Shown: positions 10,030 to 19,752 of the stretch, one piece after another
Layout of the letters: each line of letters starts with the position of its first letter
Numbering within the stretch: position 1 is the first letter of the stretch
NCBI GenBank assembly: GCA_043803105.1
Contig: JAZDKJ010000006.1
Coordinates: forward strand, 416,001 to 480,000
Direction of reading: 5' to 3'
Length of the DNA: 64,000 bases
Source of the DNA: Candidatus Woesearchaeota archaeon
Lineage (GTDB): Archaea; Nanobdellota; Nanobdellia; Woesearchaeales; JAZDKJ01
Notes under the pieces: generated by a model
Database searches by the model: none
Told to the model about the DNA's origin: nothing
Seen by the model: the letters and a program-made list of their open reading frames with translations, nothing else
Program-made: the position numbers and the translations under genes

Positions 10030-10593
10030 ATGGAAAAGCAGACGATTAGAGAAGAGACAGCTGTAGTGTTAGACTCCCTGCCGAACGGCTATCCCTTTGA
10101 CACGCGCCCCAGCCACATCAAGACCCCTATAGTCCAGGCGCTTGGCAAGACTCATTTTTCCCTGCTCGAGCTTGTGCCCAAGAAGGGTGTTTCTATCAAG
10201 CCTAATGAGGATATTTACATCGGTGAGGGCAAGAGGGATAAGATACATCATATCCTCGGAAAGCTTCCATTTTCCAAGCTAACAAGTACCGCAAAGTCTG
10301 AGCTCGAGTTTGTTGTTGCAGACATAGTCGCGAAGGATGAGCAGCATTTCGTTGACTTCTTTAATACTGCTCAGCCCCTAACAATGAGGATGCACCAGCT
10401 TGAGCTTCTGCCAGGTGTGGGGAAGAAGCACATGTGGGAGATCCTGGCAAAGCGGGACGAGTTGAAGTTCGCAAGCTTTGACGACATCAAGTATAGGGTA
10501 AAGCTGATGCCTGACCCAAAGAAGACAATCGTCAAAAGGATTATCATAGAAATTGAAGGCTCGGAAAAGCATCATATTTTCATAGACTCATAA
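10030..10593 (+). CDS. DUF655 nucleic-acid-binding protein
   Basis: FSLLELVPK, FFNTAQPLTMRMHQLELLPGVGKK; conserved archaeal synteny. Confidence 0.9.
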   Translation: MEKQTIREETAVVLDSLPNGYPFDTRPSHIKTPIVQALGKTHFSLLELVPKKGVSIKPNEDIYIGEGKRDKIHHILGKLPFSKLTSTAKSELEFVVADIVAKDEQHFVDFFNTAQPLTMRMHQLELLPGVGKKHMWEILAKRDELKFASFDDIKYRVKLMPDPKKTIVKRIIIEIEGSEKHHIFIDS

Positions 10594-10608
10594 AAAAAGA
10601 GGTGCAGT

Positions 10609-10998
10609 ATGGCAAATGAGAGTGTTGACGACTTGGAAGTTCCGCTCTTCCCACGTCCATCTGATAATATACCAAAACCTGGATTCTTTACAAAGCTTTT
10701 CAACAGACGCAAGACTGCAGAGCCTCAGCCAGAGCTGGCTGTGCCATCAGTAGTACCTCCTCAAGAGGAATCTAAAGCGCTTGAGGTAGTGCTCCCGCAG
10801 ATTAAGATGCTTGAGATCAACAGTCAGGCGTTGAAAAAAGAGGCAAAAAAGAAAGCTAAAAAGCAGGAGATAAAACCTCCGCTTGATGCAAAACAAGCTG
10901 CACTCCAGACCAAGATTAAGTCTTTTGATGAGGAGCTTTCCAGTATAAACACTGATATTGCAAAGCTTAACGATGAGCTGACAAAGACTAAGGTTTAA
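10609..10998 (+). CDS. hypothetical protein with C-terminal coiled coil
   Basis: ORF with GAGGTG SD; no recognisable motif. Confidence 0.55.
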   Translation: MANESVDDLEVPLFPRPSDNIPKPGFFTKLFNRRKTAEPQPELAVPSVVPPQEESKALEVVLPQIKMLEINSQALKKEAKKKAKKQEIKPPLDAKQAALQTKIKSFDEELSSINTDIAKLNDELTKTKV

Positions 10999-11062
10999 GG
11001 AAATAATATTGCATTATTGTACCTTCACGATAAATTTCTTCTGCAATATCTGCATAAATCAA

Positions 11063-11686
11063 TTATGAGAACAGTAGCCCTTTAAGGGCTCTGACAGTGC
11101 TTGCCTCAAAATCAGCCTTCACATTGTCAAACCTGTCCCACTTTGCAAGGACTGACTTAATCCTAAGCGTTTTGCAGGCAGTCACATCTTCTCTGCTATT
11201 GCCAATATAGCAGGTTGGCTTGCCGTATCTCGCAGTAAAACGCCTTAACAGGACTAGTTTTGAAGGTTTCTCGTGGAGTGGCTGCAGAAATACTATATCA
11301 AATAAGGCTCCAGATGCTTTCAACAAAGGTTTGACAACATCTTCTGGGGAAGTGGTCACTAAGGCTGTTCTGTATTTTTTCCTTAAGGTTTTCAGGAGTT
11401 GGGTCATATCCTTGACCAAAATGTCATGTTCTTGTGCTTTGCCCAGGAGAATCAGCTGGTAAAGGTTCCTTGCAAGCTTGACAAGGACTACCTTGTCTTG
11501 AATTCCAGTATATCTCTTTGTTATTGTAATTACTGATCCCATAAAATCTTTTTTCCCTGCAAGCCTAACTACCTTAGGGTCTTTGAGGAGTATTGACATT
11601 ATCCTGTACCAATCCTTGTGCGCCTCTTCGCTAATCGCCGACTTTATCGTTGTGCCGTCAAAGTCAAATGCTATTATTGGTTTCAT
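11063..11686 (-). CDS. HAD-superfamily hydrolase
   Basis: FDFDGT motif I, LVTT motif II, KPSK, YIGNSRED. Confidence 0.85.
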   Translation of the reverse strand: MKPIIAFDFDGTTIKSAISEEAHKDWYRIMSILLKDPKVVRLAGKKDFMGSVITITKRYTGIQDKVVLVKLARNLYQLILLGKAQEHDILVKDMTQLLKTLRKKYRTALVTTSPEDVVKPLLKASGALFDIVFLQPLHEKPSKLVLLRRFTARYGKPTCYIGNSREDVTACKTLRIKSVLAKWDRFDNVKADFEASTVRALKGLLFS

Positions 11687-12033
11687 TGCTTCTTTGCTTT
11701 TTTCTTTTTTGGCTGTTCCTCTTGTGCCGGTTGCTCGATGCTTGTCTCATCTGCTTTTTGGTCTTTTTTTTCATGTTCTTTTTCAAGCTCTTCCACATAG
11801 TTCACCTGCAGCTGTGTAATCGCACCTGACAGCAGGCTTTCTTCTGCCCTTGAAAGGTTTCCCCTGGTCTTTTTCTGCAGCATTACAAGAACATCTATTG
11901 TCTGTTTTGCAGCAGCAAGATTTTTTTCCTGTTTTCCCGTTATTGGATTGGCGATCTTTCCAAGAAGCATCCATGTGCTTCCTTGAAGCCCCATTACCAG
12001 CTGCATGAATTCTGATTCAAAATTTTCATCCAT
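11683..12033 (-). CDS. DUF1844 domain protein
   Basis: LLGKIANPITG..EKNLAAAKQTIDVLVMLQKKTRGNLS..E..LL..LQVNYV. Confidence 0.85.
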   Translation of the reverse strand: MDENFESEFMQLVMGLQGSTWMLLGKIANPITGKQEKNLAAAKQTIDVLVMLQKKTRGNLSRAEESLLSGAITQLQVNYVEELEKEHEKKDQKADETSIEQPAQEEQPKKKKAKKQ

Positions 12034-12156
12034 CTTATCACCCCGGGATGATGGTCTTTGCATTCATATTTAAGATTTGTTGCAAAAGTCAAGTTTTATA
12101 AACCATTCAAGAAACCTTGACCTCGCTGAGTCATACTGGCTCGGGAGGTAACACCT

Positions 12157-12549
12157 ATGGCTGAATTCAAGCTTGTTTTGTCAACAAAGGATGGCAAGAG
12201 CCACCAACGTGATGTTAAAGATACAGAGGCTAGGCCCTTTCTTGGAAAAAAGATTGGCGATGCTGTAAAGGGAGATGATTTTGGTCTTGCAGGATATGAG
12301 GTCCAAATTTCTGGAGGCTCAGACTTCTGTGGCTTTCCTATGCGCCATGACGTGCAGGGTACCGGAAGGAAAAGGATTCTTGCTGTGGCTGGCGTTGGGA
12401 TAAGGAAGAAGGCTAAGGGTATTCGCCAGAGAAAGACTGTCTGCGGTAACACTATTCACGGAAAGATTGCCCAGATTAATCTTAAGGTAACAAAGGAAGG
12501 AAAAGAGCCTTTGGCAAAGCCTGGGGAAAAAGCAGAAAAGAAAGATTGA
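12157..12549 (+). CDS. rps6e: 30S ribosomal protein S6e
   Basis: ISGGSDFCGFPMRHDVQG, RQRKTVCGNTI, QINLKV. Confidence 0.96.
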   Translation: MAEFKLVLSTKDGKSHQRDVKDTEARPFLGKKIGDAVKGDDFGLAGYEVQISGGSDFCGFPMRHDVQGTGRKRILAVAGVGIRKKAKGIRQRKTVCGNTIHGKIAQINLKVTKEGKEPLAKPGEKAEKKD

Positions 12550-12599
12550 TTCTGTTGCCAGGCAACTAGGATTGCTCCCTTCACGGTTATGGTGGTGCT

Positions 12600-14033
12600 T
12601 TAAGTATTCAAATTATACTGTTTTTGCCTCTCTTCAAGAATTTCCCTTTGTCTGTTAACCAGGCTCTTTATCTGGTCTCTGGCAAGCTTGGCGTTGAAGT
12701 GCATTCGATAGATTATTGGCCTTCCTGCATCATCCGTCAACCTATTGTCTTTTAACGCTTGCCTTAACTGGGGATTCCTTAGGCTTGCCACGTCTTTTGG
12801 GTTTATTTCATAGCCATCTTTGCTGTTCTGCTTGAGGCACCATTCGATAGTTACGGCTGATAAAGGGTCCAGGACGCAGAAATCTTGTATGCTTTTCACT
12901 TCACCTCTTAGCGCAGACCTGATTGCCTTCAGGAATTCCTGGGGGCTTGTAATATATTTTGTCCTATCTCTATTGTAGTTTCTGCTCACAACGATGTCCT
13001 GATACACTGGTACAAAACTGTAAGTGTAATCGCTTTTTCCTTTCTGATAAAACCTTCCTGAAAGCATGTTCTTGAGGTTAATTATTCGATTTTGGTTTTT
13101 GTACTCCCATTTTGTAAGTCGTGCATTGACAGCAGGGTCTTTCATATGCATTATGGCTGTATTGTCAAACTGGAGGCCTCTTTCAACTTTAGATTGTATA
13201 TATTTGAGGATAATCTGAGTTGCTTCGTTAATGATCGGGTGTAGATGCCAAAAGTAATCTGCCCTAGCCCCTCTTTCCTTAATGAGCTTTGCAGCATTGT
13301 AAAGTGACCCGATATCATTCACAAACCTTTCTTCAGCTGGGATCTCATTTGCCTGCCTGATCCTTCCTTCAGAAATAAACGACACTTTCCGCTGGGCTTC
13401 CAAGGCTAGCCTCTTGTTCTTTTGTTCCTGGCGATCTGGCTTTTTGCGGCTCCTGCTTATGTGCATCAACACCCTCTTTTTAGCCCAATTCTCTCTGGAA
13501 TATCTCCAGTAGTTCTTTTTCATGCGTTCCTTCATATTGTTAGCCATTTGCCATGTCCAACCGCCGTCTTTCTTTGTGTGCCTTTGATATGACTTTGAAG
13601 CGTGTGGCTTAAGGTCTTTTGAGATTCGCCAAGGCACAACCTCATAATAAGTCTCGTTAAGATTGTAGCAGGCGAACTTCTCGTCACAGGATTGAGGAAT
13701 TGCTCCCAGAACCAAGTCACAGATCTGTTCTGTTTGGCTTCCAAGCCATGGTGAATGTTTTGTTCTGCCTGTTATCGTCTTGCTCATCTCGCTTCCTTTG
13801 TTCCTGTACACTCTTTGATGTTTGGGTTTCAAGTCGATAGCCTTGAGAATATATTTGGAAGGAGTGCGTCCAACCCTTTGGTGCTTCTCAAGCCTCAGGC
13901 TTTTCCTTCTTAACACCCCTTCATTTTTTTCGAGAAATTGGATTAATCTTATAGCATCGAATGTGACCTGCTCTTGACCAAATGTCTGTCTCCATTGCTC
14001 GCTAGCAAGTTGCAGTTCAAGGCATCTTTCCAT
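12600..14033 (-). CDS. hypothetical basic protein (477 aa orphan)
   Basis: Long ORF, K/R-rich; TATA-like TTTAAAAA upstream on the minus strand; no family recognised. Confidence 0.7.
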   Translation of the reverse strand: MERCLELQLASEQWRQTFGQEQVTFDAIRLIQFLEKNEGVLRRKSLRLEKHQRVGRTPSKYILKAIDLKPKHQRVYRNKGSEMSKTITGRTKHSPWLGSQTEQICDLVLGAIPQSCDEKFACYNLNETYYEVVPWRISKDLKPHASKSYQRHTKKDGGWTWQMANNMKERMKKNYWRYSRENWAKKRVLMHISRSRKKPDRQEQKNKRLALEAQRKVSFISEGRIRQANEIPAEERFVNDIGSLYNAAKLIKERGARADYFWHLHPIINEATQIILKYIQSKVERGLQFDNTAIMHMKDPAVNARLTKWEYKNQNRIINLKNMLSGRFYQKGKSDYTYSFVPVYQDIVVSRNYNRDRTKYITSPQEFLKAIRSALRGEVKSIQDFCVLDPLSAVTIEWCLKQNSKDGYEINPKDVASLRNPQLRQALKDNRLTDDAGRPIIYRMHFNAKLARDQIKSLVNRQREILEERQKQYNLNT

Positions 14034-14135
14034 TGTCTAGTCAGTTGGCAATTCCTTTTTAAAGCTTATCACAAAGCTTATTTTACGGCTGCCTTAACGA
14101 AATATTTTTATAAGGCAAATCTTACCTATTTTGTT

Positions 14136-14300
14136 ATGGTCGAGACAAAAAAGCTCAAGAACTGCCCTGAGTGTGGCAGCTCAAACATCCAGAAAAGCAA
14201 ATTGAAGGAGCAGATCATCTGCCTGGATTGCGGAGTGATTTTCGAAGCCCTCGCTCCGAAGAGTGAAAAGAAGTATGAGAAAGTAAGTGATGTTATTTGA
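14136..14300 (+). CDS. small TFIIB-type zinc-ribbon protein (54 aa)
   Basis: CPECGS...IICLDCGVI; TATA (TTTTTATA) about 25 nt upstream of the ATG. Confidence 0.75.
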   Translation: MVETKKLKNCPECGSSNIQKSKLKEQIICLDCGVIFEALAPKSEKKYEKVSDVI

Positions 14301-14500
14301 GTGCCGCAAAGCGCAAGGCTCGCTCTAGTTCTCTAAGTGCTAAAATATTGGTTCAATTGAAGAAAGCCAAGAAGGAAGAGAAAAAGAAAGTACCTTCCAA
14401 GATGGACATCCAAAAAGAGGATGCATTGTTTGTAAGCCAGGCAAGAAAGTTAAGGCGGCTCCTTAGCCCGATACCCAAGACCAAGGCAAGGAAATCCTAG
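14297..14500 (+). CDS. small basic hypothetical protein
   Basis: TTG start overlapping the previous stop; fills the gap before kae1. Confidence 0.4.
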   Translation: MSAAKRKARSSSLSAKILVQLKKAKKEEKKKVPSKMDIQKEDALFVSQARKLRRLLSPIPKTKARKS

Positions 14501-14501
14501 A

Positions 14502-15476
14502 TTACCTCCAATTCACTTCAACATCATCAGTTCTCTGGTAGGGCTTGATGTCAAGCTTATTGCCAGTTGCCTCTTTCTGCTGCAATATTCCCTGCCAGGC
14601 TATTTGCACTCCGTTGTCAACAAGGAATTGGTTTTCCGGAACAAAGCACTTAGCTCCTCGCTCAAGGCACATCTTTCTGCACATCTCTTGAAGCCTTTTG
14701 TTGCATGCAACCCCTCCGCCAAGCAGGAGCTCTTTCTTCTCGCAGTGTGCCATTGCCCGCTCAGCCACCTCGACAAGCATTGCAAACACTGTCTCTTGTG
14801 CCGAATACGCCAGGTCTTCATTAGAAAACTTGCCGATTTTTTGTTTTAGGTTTGTGAGTATTCCTCCCACAGAAATGTCCATTCCCTTGACAACATAGGG
14901 AAGCTCAATGTACTGTTTTCCTTTACTAGCGAGTTCAGCAATCTTCGGCCCTCCTGGAAAACCTATTCCAAGCTCTCTGCCGAATGCATCAAGAAAGTTT
15001 CCCACTCCATTGTCCAGCGTTTCCCCAAATATCCTGTACTTGCCGCCTTCATACGCGATTACCTGAGTATTGGCTCCTGAAACGTAAAGGAGCACAGGGT
15101 CTTTTGCTGGGGTGACAAGCCTTCCTATTTCAAGGTGCGATATGCAGTGGTTCACACCAACAAGGCTTATCTTGTTCCGTCTGCAAAAATCTGTTGCTTT
15201 CTCTAGCCCAACAACAAGGCATGGCGCAAGCCCTGGCCCCTGAGAAAAGCTCACCAGCCCAATTTGATGCTCTTGCAGGCCTGCTTTTGCTAAGGCTGAA
15301 TTTATTACCTGGTCTGCGACCTTCAAGTGATGTTCTTTTGCCGCAGACGGGTGTATCCCTCCGTGAGTGGTTGTGTAGCTGTCTTTTTCATTAGCGAGTA
15401 TTTTTCCCTCGTTTGTCACTATACCTACACCAAATGTGTGTGCAGTGCTTTCTATGCCCAAACATATCATAATCAT
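14502..15476 (-). CDS. kae1: t6A37 threonylcarbamoyltransferase Kae1/TsaD
   Basis: LGIESTAHT, GPGLAPCL, VNHCISHLEIG, LYVSGANTQ, GETLD, VDNGVQIAW. Confidence 0.97.
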   Translation of the reverse strand: MIMICLGIESTAHTFGVGIVTNEGKILANEKDSYTTTHGGIHPSAAKEHHLKVADQVINSALAKAGLQEHQIGLVSFSQGPGLAPCLVVGLEKATDFCRRNKISLVGVNHCISHLEIGRLVTPAKDPVLLYVSGANTQVIAYEGGKYRIFGETLDNGVGNFLDAFGRELGIGFPGGPKIAELASKGKQYIELPYVVKGMDISVGGILTNLKQKIGKFSNEDLAYSAQETVFAMLVEVAERAMAHCEKKELLLGGGVACNKRLQEMCRKMCLERGAKCFVPENQFLVDNGVQIAWQGILQQKEATGNKLDIKPYQRTDDVEVNWR

Positions 15477-15554
15477 GGTAAAAACTGGGTGTTTTTAAAA
15501 AAGTTGCCAAAAAGCACCAAAACCTTTAATAATTCTGGCGACATGGAATAACGC

Positions 15555-17453
15555 ATGTCGCTCAAGTTGCTTCTCAATGATATTTCCAAATATAATCCGA
15601 AGGCCAATCTTGCCCTGATCGAAAAAGCCTACAGGTTTGCAGAGACTTGTCATGCAGGGCAAAAACGCGAATCAGGCCAACTCTATTTTACCCACCCGCT
15701 GGAGGTAGCAAAGATTCTTTCGCGCATGAAGGCTGATTCAGCGACAATTGCTGCAGGACTTCTTCACGATACTATGGAGGAATGCAACATTAAGCTGGAG
15801 ACCATTGCGCATGAGTTTGGTTCTGAGGTAAGCGAACTTGTGGAAGGAGTGACGAAGATTGACAAGATTCATTTCCAGGATAAAGAGGATTACACTGCAG
15901 AGAACCTTAGGAAGATCATCCTGGCGACAGCAAAAGACGTCAGGGTAATGTTGATAAAGTTAGCAGACAGGCTTCACAACATGGAGACCCTGCGCACCTT
16001 TAGAGAGGAAAAGCAGAGGAGAATAGCGCAGGAGACCCTTGACATCTATGCACCGATTGCACACAAGCTTGGGATGCGCGCAATTAAGGGAGAGCTTGAA
16101 GACTTGTCATTGCGCGTGCTCGATCCCACAAATTACCGTCTCCTGGCAAACAAGATTCAGCAGAGGAGAGAGGAGAGGGAGCACAAGACAAAGCGCCTCA
16201 TCAAGCAGATTAGGGCTGCGCTTAGGGAGAAAGGGATTGATGCCTCTGTTCAAGGTCGTGCAAAGTACTTTTACAGCATCTATAAGAAAATGAAGAAAAG
16301 GAGTGTTGACTTCAATGAGATATATGACCTCACAGCCATAAGGATTATTACGAAGACCATCCCAGAATGCTACACTGCCTTGGGCGTGGTACACGAGCTC
16401 TTTAAGCCGCTGCCCGGACGCTTTAAGGATTATATTGCACTTCCTAAGTCCAATGGTTACCAGAGCCTTCACACCACTGTTGTCGAGAGTGAAAGCAAGA
16501 TTCTTGAGATTCAGATACGCACTGAGGAGATGCACAACATTGCAGAAGATGGCATTGCTGCCCACTGGCGCTACAAGCAGACTGAACGCGATAAGGGTTT
16601 TGACAAGAAGATTGGCTGGTTGAAGCAGGTGCTTGATTGGAAGGCCAGTTCAAAGGACGCAAGAGAGTTCATCGAAACGCTTAAGACTGACCTCTTTGAG
16701 GATGAGGTTGTTGTATTTACGCCTAAAGGGGATCCAATCTCTCTCCCTGAAGGTTCCACACCGGTTGACTTTGCATATGAGGTTCACTCTAACCTTGGCC
16801 ACAAATGCTCCAAGGCAATGGTCAATAATAAGCTTGTCACTCTTGATTACAAGCTGAAGTCCGGCGACCTCGTGGAAATTATTGTAAAGAAGGATGCAGA
16901 GCCATCAAGGCAATGGCTCAACTTCGTAAAGACCAACCGTGCAAAGGGAAAGATTCGGTCTTATCTCAAGATTGAAGGTGATACGTCGCTTAAGTCAGGC
17001 GCTGTTTCTCTTTCCGAGGAGAAACTCTCCTCTTTGATCCGGGTTGACAGCAAGAAGAACGTGCTAAAGATTGCCAAGTGCTGCGAGCCCCACCCGAATG
17101 ATAAGATTGTCGCCTTTCCAACCAAGGACAAGAAGCTTACAGTTCATAAGGCAGATTGCGAGACAGTTAAAGGCCTTGACAAGAGAAAACTTCTCTTGGC
17201 ATATTGGCAGCTGCCGGAAAAAAAGGACATCAAGCTCAGCATTACGATGCTTGACCGTGTCGGAATCCTCTCTGAGGTTCTCAATGTCATTTCGCGTTAT
17301 AAGGCCAACATTTCCAGCGTGCATACCAAAGCTGGCAGGGAGAAATTCTTCATTGCAGACATCAGCATTGAGTCTTCTGATCAGGAGCACCTTCCCACCA
17401 TAATCTTTGAGATTCGCAAGATTAAGGACGTGACTGAGGTGCATAACAGTTAA
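15555..17453 (+). CDS. rel: long RelA/SpoT homolog, bifunctional (p)ppGpp synthetase/hydrolase (HD-SYNTH-TGS-ZFD-ACT)
   Basis: HAGQKRESG..YFTHP, LLHDTMEE, IKLADRLHNM, YAPIAHKLG, GRAK..YSIYKKM, RFKDY, GYQSLHT, EIQIRT, AAHWRYK, VFTPKG/TPVDFAY (TGS), AKCC..HKADC (ZFD), DRVGILSEV (ACT). Confidence 0.96.
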   Translation: MSLKLLLNDISKYNPKANLALIEKAYRFAETCHAGQKRESGQLYFTHPLEVAKILSRMKADSATIAAGLLHDTMEECNIKLETIAHEFGSEVSELVEGVTKIDKIHFQDKEDYTAENLRKIILATAKDVRVMLIKLADRLHNMETLRTFREEKQRRIAQETLDIYAPIAHKLGMRAIKGELEDLSLRVLDPTNYRLLANKIQQRREEREHKTKRLIKQIRAALREKGIDASVQGRAKYFYSIYKKMKKRSVDFNEIYDLTAIRIITKTIPECYTALGVVHELFKPLPGRFKDYIALPKSNGYQSLHTTVVESESKILEIQIRTEEMHNIAEDGIAAHWRYKQTERDKGFDKKIGWLKQVLDWKASSKDAREFIETLKTDLFEDEVVVFTPKGDPISLPEGSTPVDFAYEVHSNLGHKCSKAMVNNKLVTLDYKLKSGDLVEIIVKKDAEPSRQWLNFVKTNRAKGKIRSYLKIEGDTSLKSGAVSLSEEKLSSLIRVDSKKNVLKIAKCCEPHPNDKIVAFPTKDKKLTVHKADCETVKGLDKRKLLLAYWQLPEKKDIKLSITMLDRVGILSEVLNVISRYKANISSVHTKAGREKFFIADISIESSDQEHLPTIIFEIRKIKDVTEVHNS

Positions 17454-17486
17454 CTTTATAAGGGACTTTACAGTATTTGAAAAAAA

Positions 17487-17777
17487 ATGAAGTACAAAGC
17501 AAAGAGCGTCATTATAGGAAGGAAAAAAAGGGAGAAAGAGTCAGACGATGATTATCCCTGCTTTGTCAGCCTGTTCAGCGTAAACAATCCTCATGTTTCA
17601 GGCAAAGTGCCTGACAAGATCCTGGAGTTCAAGCACACAGACAGGGTCAATATTGACGGCCTTGATATAATCTATCTCCCAGCAGGCAACGACCTTATTA
17701 TCAATGATTTGGCAGAATTCGAGTTAATGCACGAGACCGGCGGCCACCTTTACATCAAAGGAAAGCAGAAGAAATAG
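17487..17777 (+). CDS. hypothetical protein
   Basis: 96-aa ORF directly after rel with its own TATA-like box. Confidence 0.6.
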   Translation: MKYKAKSVIIGRKKREKESDDDYPCFVSLFSVNNPHVSGKVPDKILEFKHTDRVNIDGLDIIYLPAGNDLIINDLAEFELMHETGGHLYIKGKQKK

Positions 17778-17890
17778 TCATGTATTCTCAAAGATTTGGA
17801 AACTCCAAGGAAGCTTAAGCCCAGAAAAAGGCGTTGCCAATCGCCCATGAATCAGTAAAATTTATATAGTACTATCAAGTACTAACAATC

Positions 17891-18256
17891 ATGCGGGACA
17901 AAGCAATTCAAAAAATTCTGCAGATCTTTAAAATCACAGATCAAAAACTCGATTTAGTTGAGAGAGTACTCGCATTGGAAGGCGATAAAAAAGTCCTGGG
18001 TGAGCCTCGAGTGTGCATCTGGGACGCAAAACTGCATCTCGAAGTTGAACTTAACAAGAATTTCAATAGCCTAATAGAATTTCGACAATATCTCAAGAAT
18101 CACAATCTTCCTTATAGTCAAGATCAAGTTTTTCGCAACAAAAGGGAAGGTTACACTCTTCAGGTTAGTGATGTTCCAGTCTATTTCTCACATGAGGCAT
18201 CCTTGCGGATTCTTGCGTGCCCAGACCCTTACGAAAACTTCCACTTCCAAATGTGA
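17891..18256 (+). CDS. hypothetical protein
   Basis: 121-aa ORF preceded by AAAATTTATATA. Confidence 0.55.
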   Translation: MRDKAIQKILQIFKITDQKLDLVERVLALEGDKKVLGEPRVCIWDAKLHLEVELNKNFNSLIEFRQYLKNHNLPYSQDQVFRNKREGYTLQVSDVPVYFSHEASLRILACPDPYENFHFQM

Positions 18257-18312
18257 TTAACAAGTTGCTTAAGAAAGATTAGCTTCAAATTACTGACTCG
18301 CTCAGAGTTATT

Positions 18313-19200
18313 TTAGTCATTAACCTTTGTCGTCACAATCACTTTCTCATCAATAATAAATGTATGTTCTGCCTGGCTCACAAGACCCTTTCTGACGTCA
18401 GGCAAAGGCGGATATCGTCTTATGATTTCAAGCGAAGCAAGTTCCTTGAGAGCGAAATTTACTTTGAACAACGGATATTTCTTTGCAAGCCATCTTGTTG
18501 TGAACGGCAAGCCCTTATAGCCCTCAATTTCCTTTAGTATCTGTCGCGATATCTGGCTTCTTACTGGTTTTGTGCTGATGAGCTGGAATATGTTTGCCTG
18601 TTCTGTCTCATAAATGACTCCTGCTCCTGTGGTTGCAAAAGGCTCGATCGCTATCACCTGGTCTCTCATAAGCTCAGTCTTGTCTTTTGTGTCAATGTTT
18701 GGTATGCTTGGCTTGTCGTGTATATTATAAGGTGACAGGCCATGGCCAGAGAGGTTTCTGATGGGTTGAAACCCATAGCCCTCGATTGTCTCCTGTATTG
18801 TCTTCCCTATCTCTCCAAGTGTTATTCCAACCCTTATAATCTTCGAGACATTGTCCAGTGCTTCTCTGCTTGCCTTTACGAGCTCTGCATTCTCGCCGCT
18901 TAAGTCTACAGTGCATGCAGTGTCTCCTATGCAGCCGTCGATATGCACGCCAACATCAAGGCAGCATACTTGCTTGTCAAAGACCGTCTCATCGTTTGGT
19001 TCAGCGCAGTAGTGTGCAGCAATGTGGTCCATCGATATCTGTACAGGGAATGCGCAAACTCCTCCAAGAAAATGTATTTTTTCCTCTATCTTTTCACTTA
19101 CATCCAGAAGTTTTGCCCCTGGCTTGATGAGTTCACTTCCGTATTGCAGTGCCTCTGCAGCAATCCTTCCTGCTTTTATCCATTTGTCAATATTCTCCAT
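18313..19200 (-). CDS. map: methionine aminopeptidase, type II
   Basis: AFPVQIS..IAAHY, DVGVHIDG.IGDTA, NLSGH, AIEPFATTG, SQAEHT; type II insertion present. Confidence 0.96.
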   Translation of the reverse strand: MENIDKWIKAGRIAAEALQYGSELIKPGAKLLDVSEKIEEKIHFLGGVCAFPVQISMDHIAAHYCAEPNDETVFDKQVCCLDVGVHIDGCIGDTACTVDLSGENAELVKASREALDNVSKIIRVGITLGEIGKTIQETIEGYGFQPIRNLSGHGLSPYNIHDKPSIPNIDTKDKTELMRDQVIAIEPFATTGAGVIYETEQANIFQLISTKPVRSQISRQILKEIEGYKGLPFTTRWLAKKYPLFKVNFALKELASLEIIRRYPPLPDVRKGLVSQAEHTFIIDEKVIVTTKVND

Positions 19201-19232
19201 CACCCTTGCGGGTAGAAATATCCTATATAAAT

Positions 19233-19745
19233 TTATGTCTCGGTTTCAGCCGCAAACCCTGGACTCACTCCAGGCAATGTTTTCGGATGTTGCCTTAGAT
19301 ATTCAAAAAGCACTATTGCATACGCTTCTGACAAGCCAAGGCACTGCACTGGGTGCACTATGGGAATAACAAATTTCTCTACTCCATTTCTTCTGCTTAT
19401 CTCCCTTGGCAGCCCTCTGCTCTCACAGCCAAATATTAAGAGAGAATCCTCTTCGAAATAGAGTTTGTCTTTAGGGTCGCCCAGCCGCCTGACGTTTCCG
19501 ACCACTGTTGCATACTTATTAACATATCTTGATAGCAAACCCTCAAGCTCTGTCACTGTGGCAATTTCAACGCGGTTTCTCCTGTCTCTCCTGCAGACAA
19601 GGTTTATGAGTTCTTGACATTCTTCATTCTCTAGAAGTTGATTGGCATCATATAGATGGATTTTTGGAATGTTAAATGCAACGCTGGTGCGAATAATGCT
19701 TCCTAGATTTCTTGGATTCTCGGTGGCATACAACAAGACGTCCAT
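19233..19745 (-). CDS. SpoU/TrmH-family RNA methyltransferase
   Basis: ENPRNLGSIIRT, LIFGCESRGL, (C)LGLSEAYAIVLFEYLRQ. Confidence 0.85.
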   Translation of the reverse strand: MDVLLYATENPRNLGSIIRTSVAFNIPKIHLYDANQLLENEECQELINLVCRRDRRNRVEIATVTELEGLLSRYVNKYATVVGNVRRLGDPKDKLYFEEDSLLIFGCESRGLPREISRRNGVEKFVIPIVHPVQCLGLSEAYAIVLFEYLRQHPKTLPGVSPGFAAETET

Positions 19746-19752
19746 GACAACT

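Noticed and set aside
12600-14033. TnpB/Cas12f-like nuclease
   Set aside because: Size and basicity fit, but no RuvC D-E-D motifs or CxxC zinc finger, and no adjacent array or IS ends.
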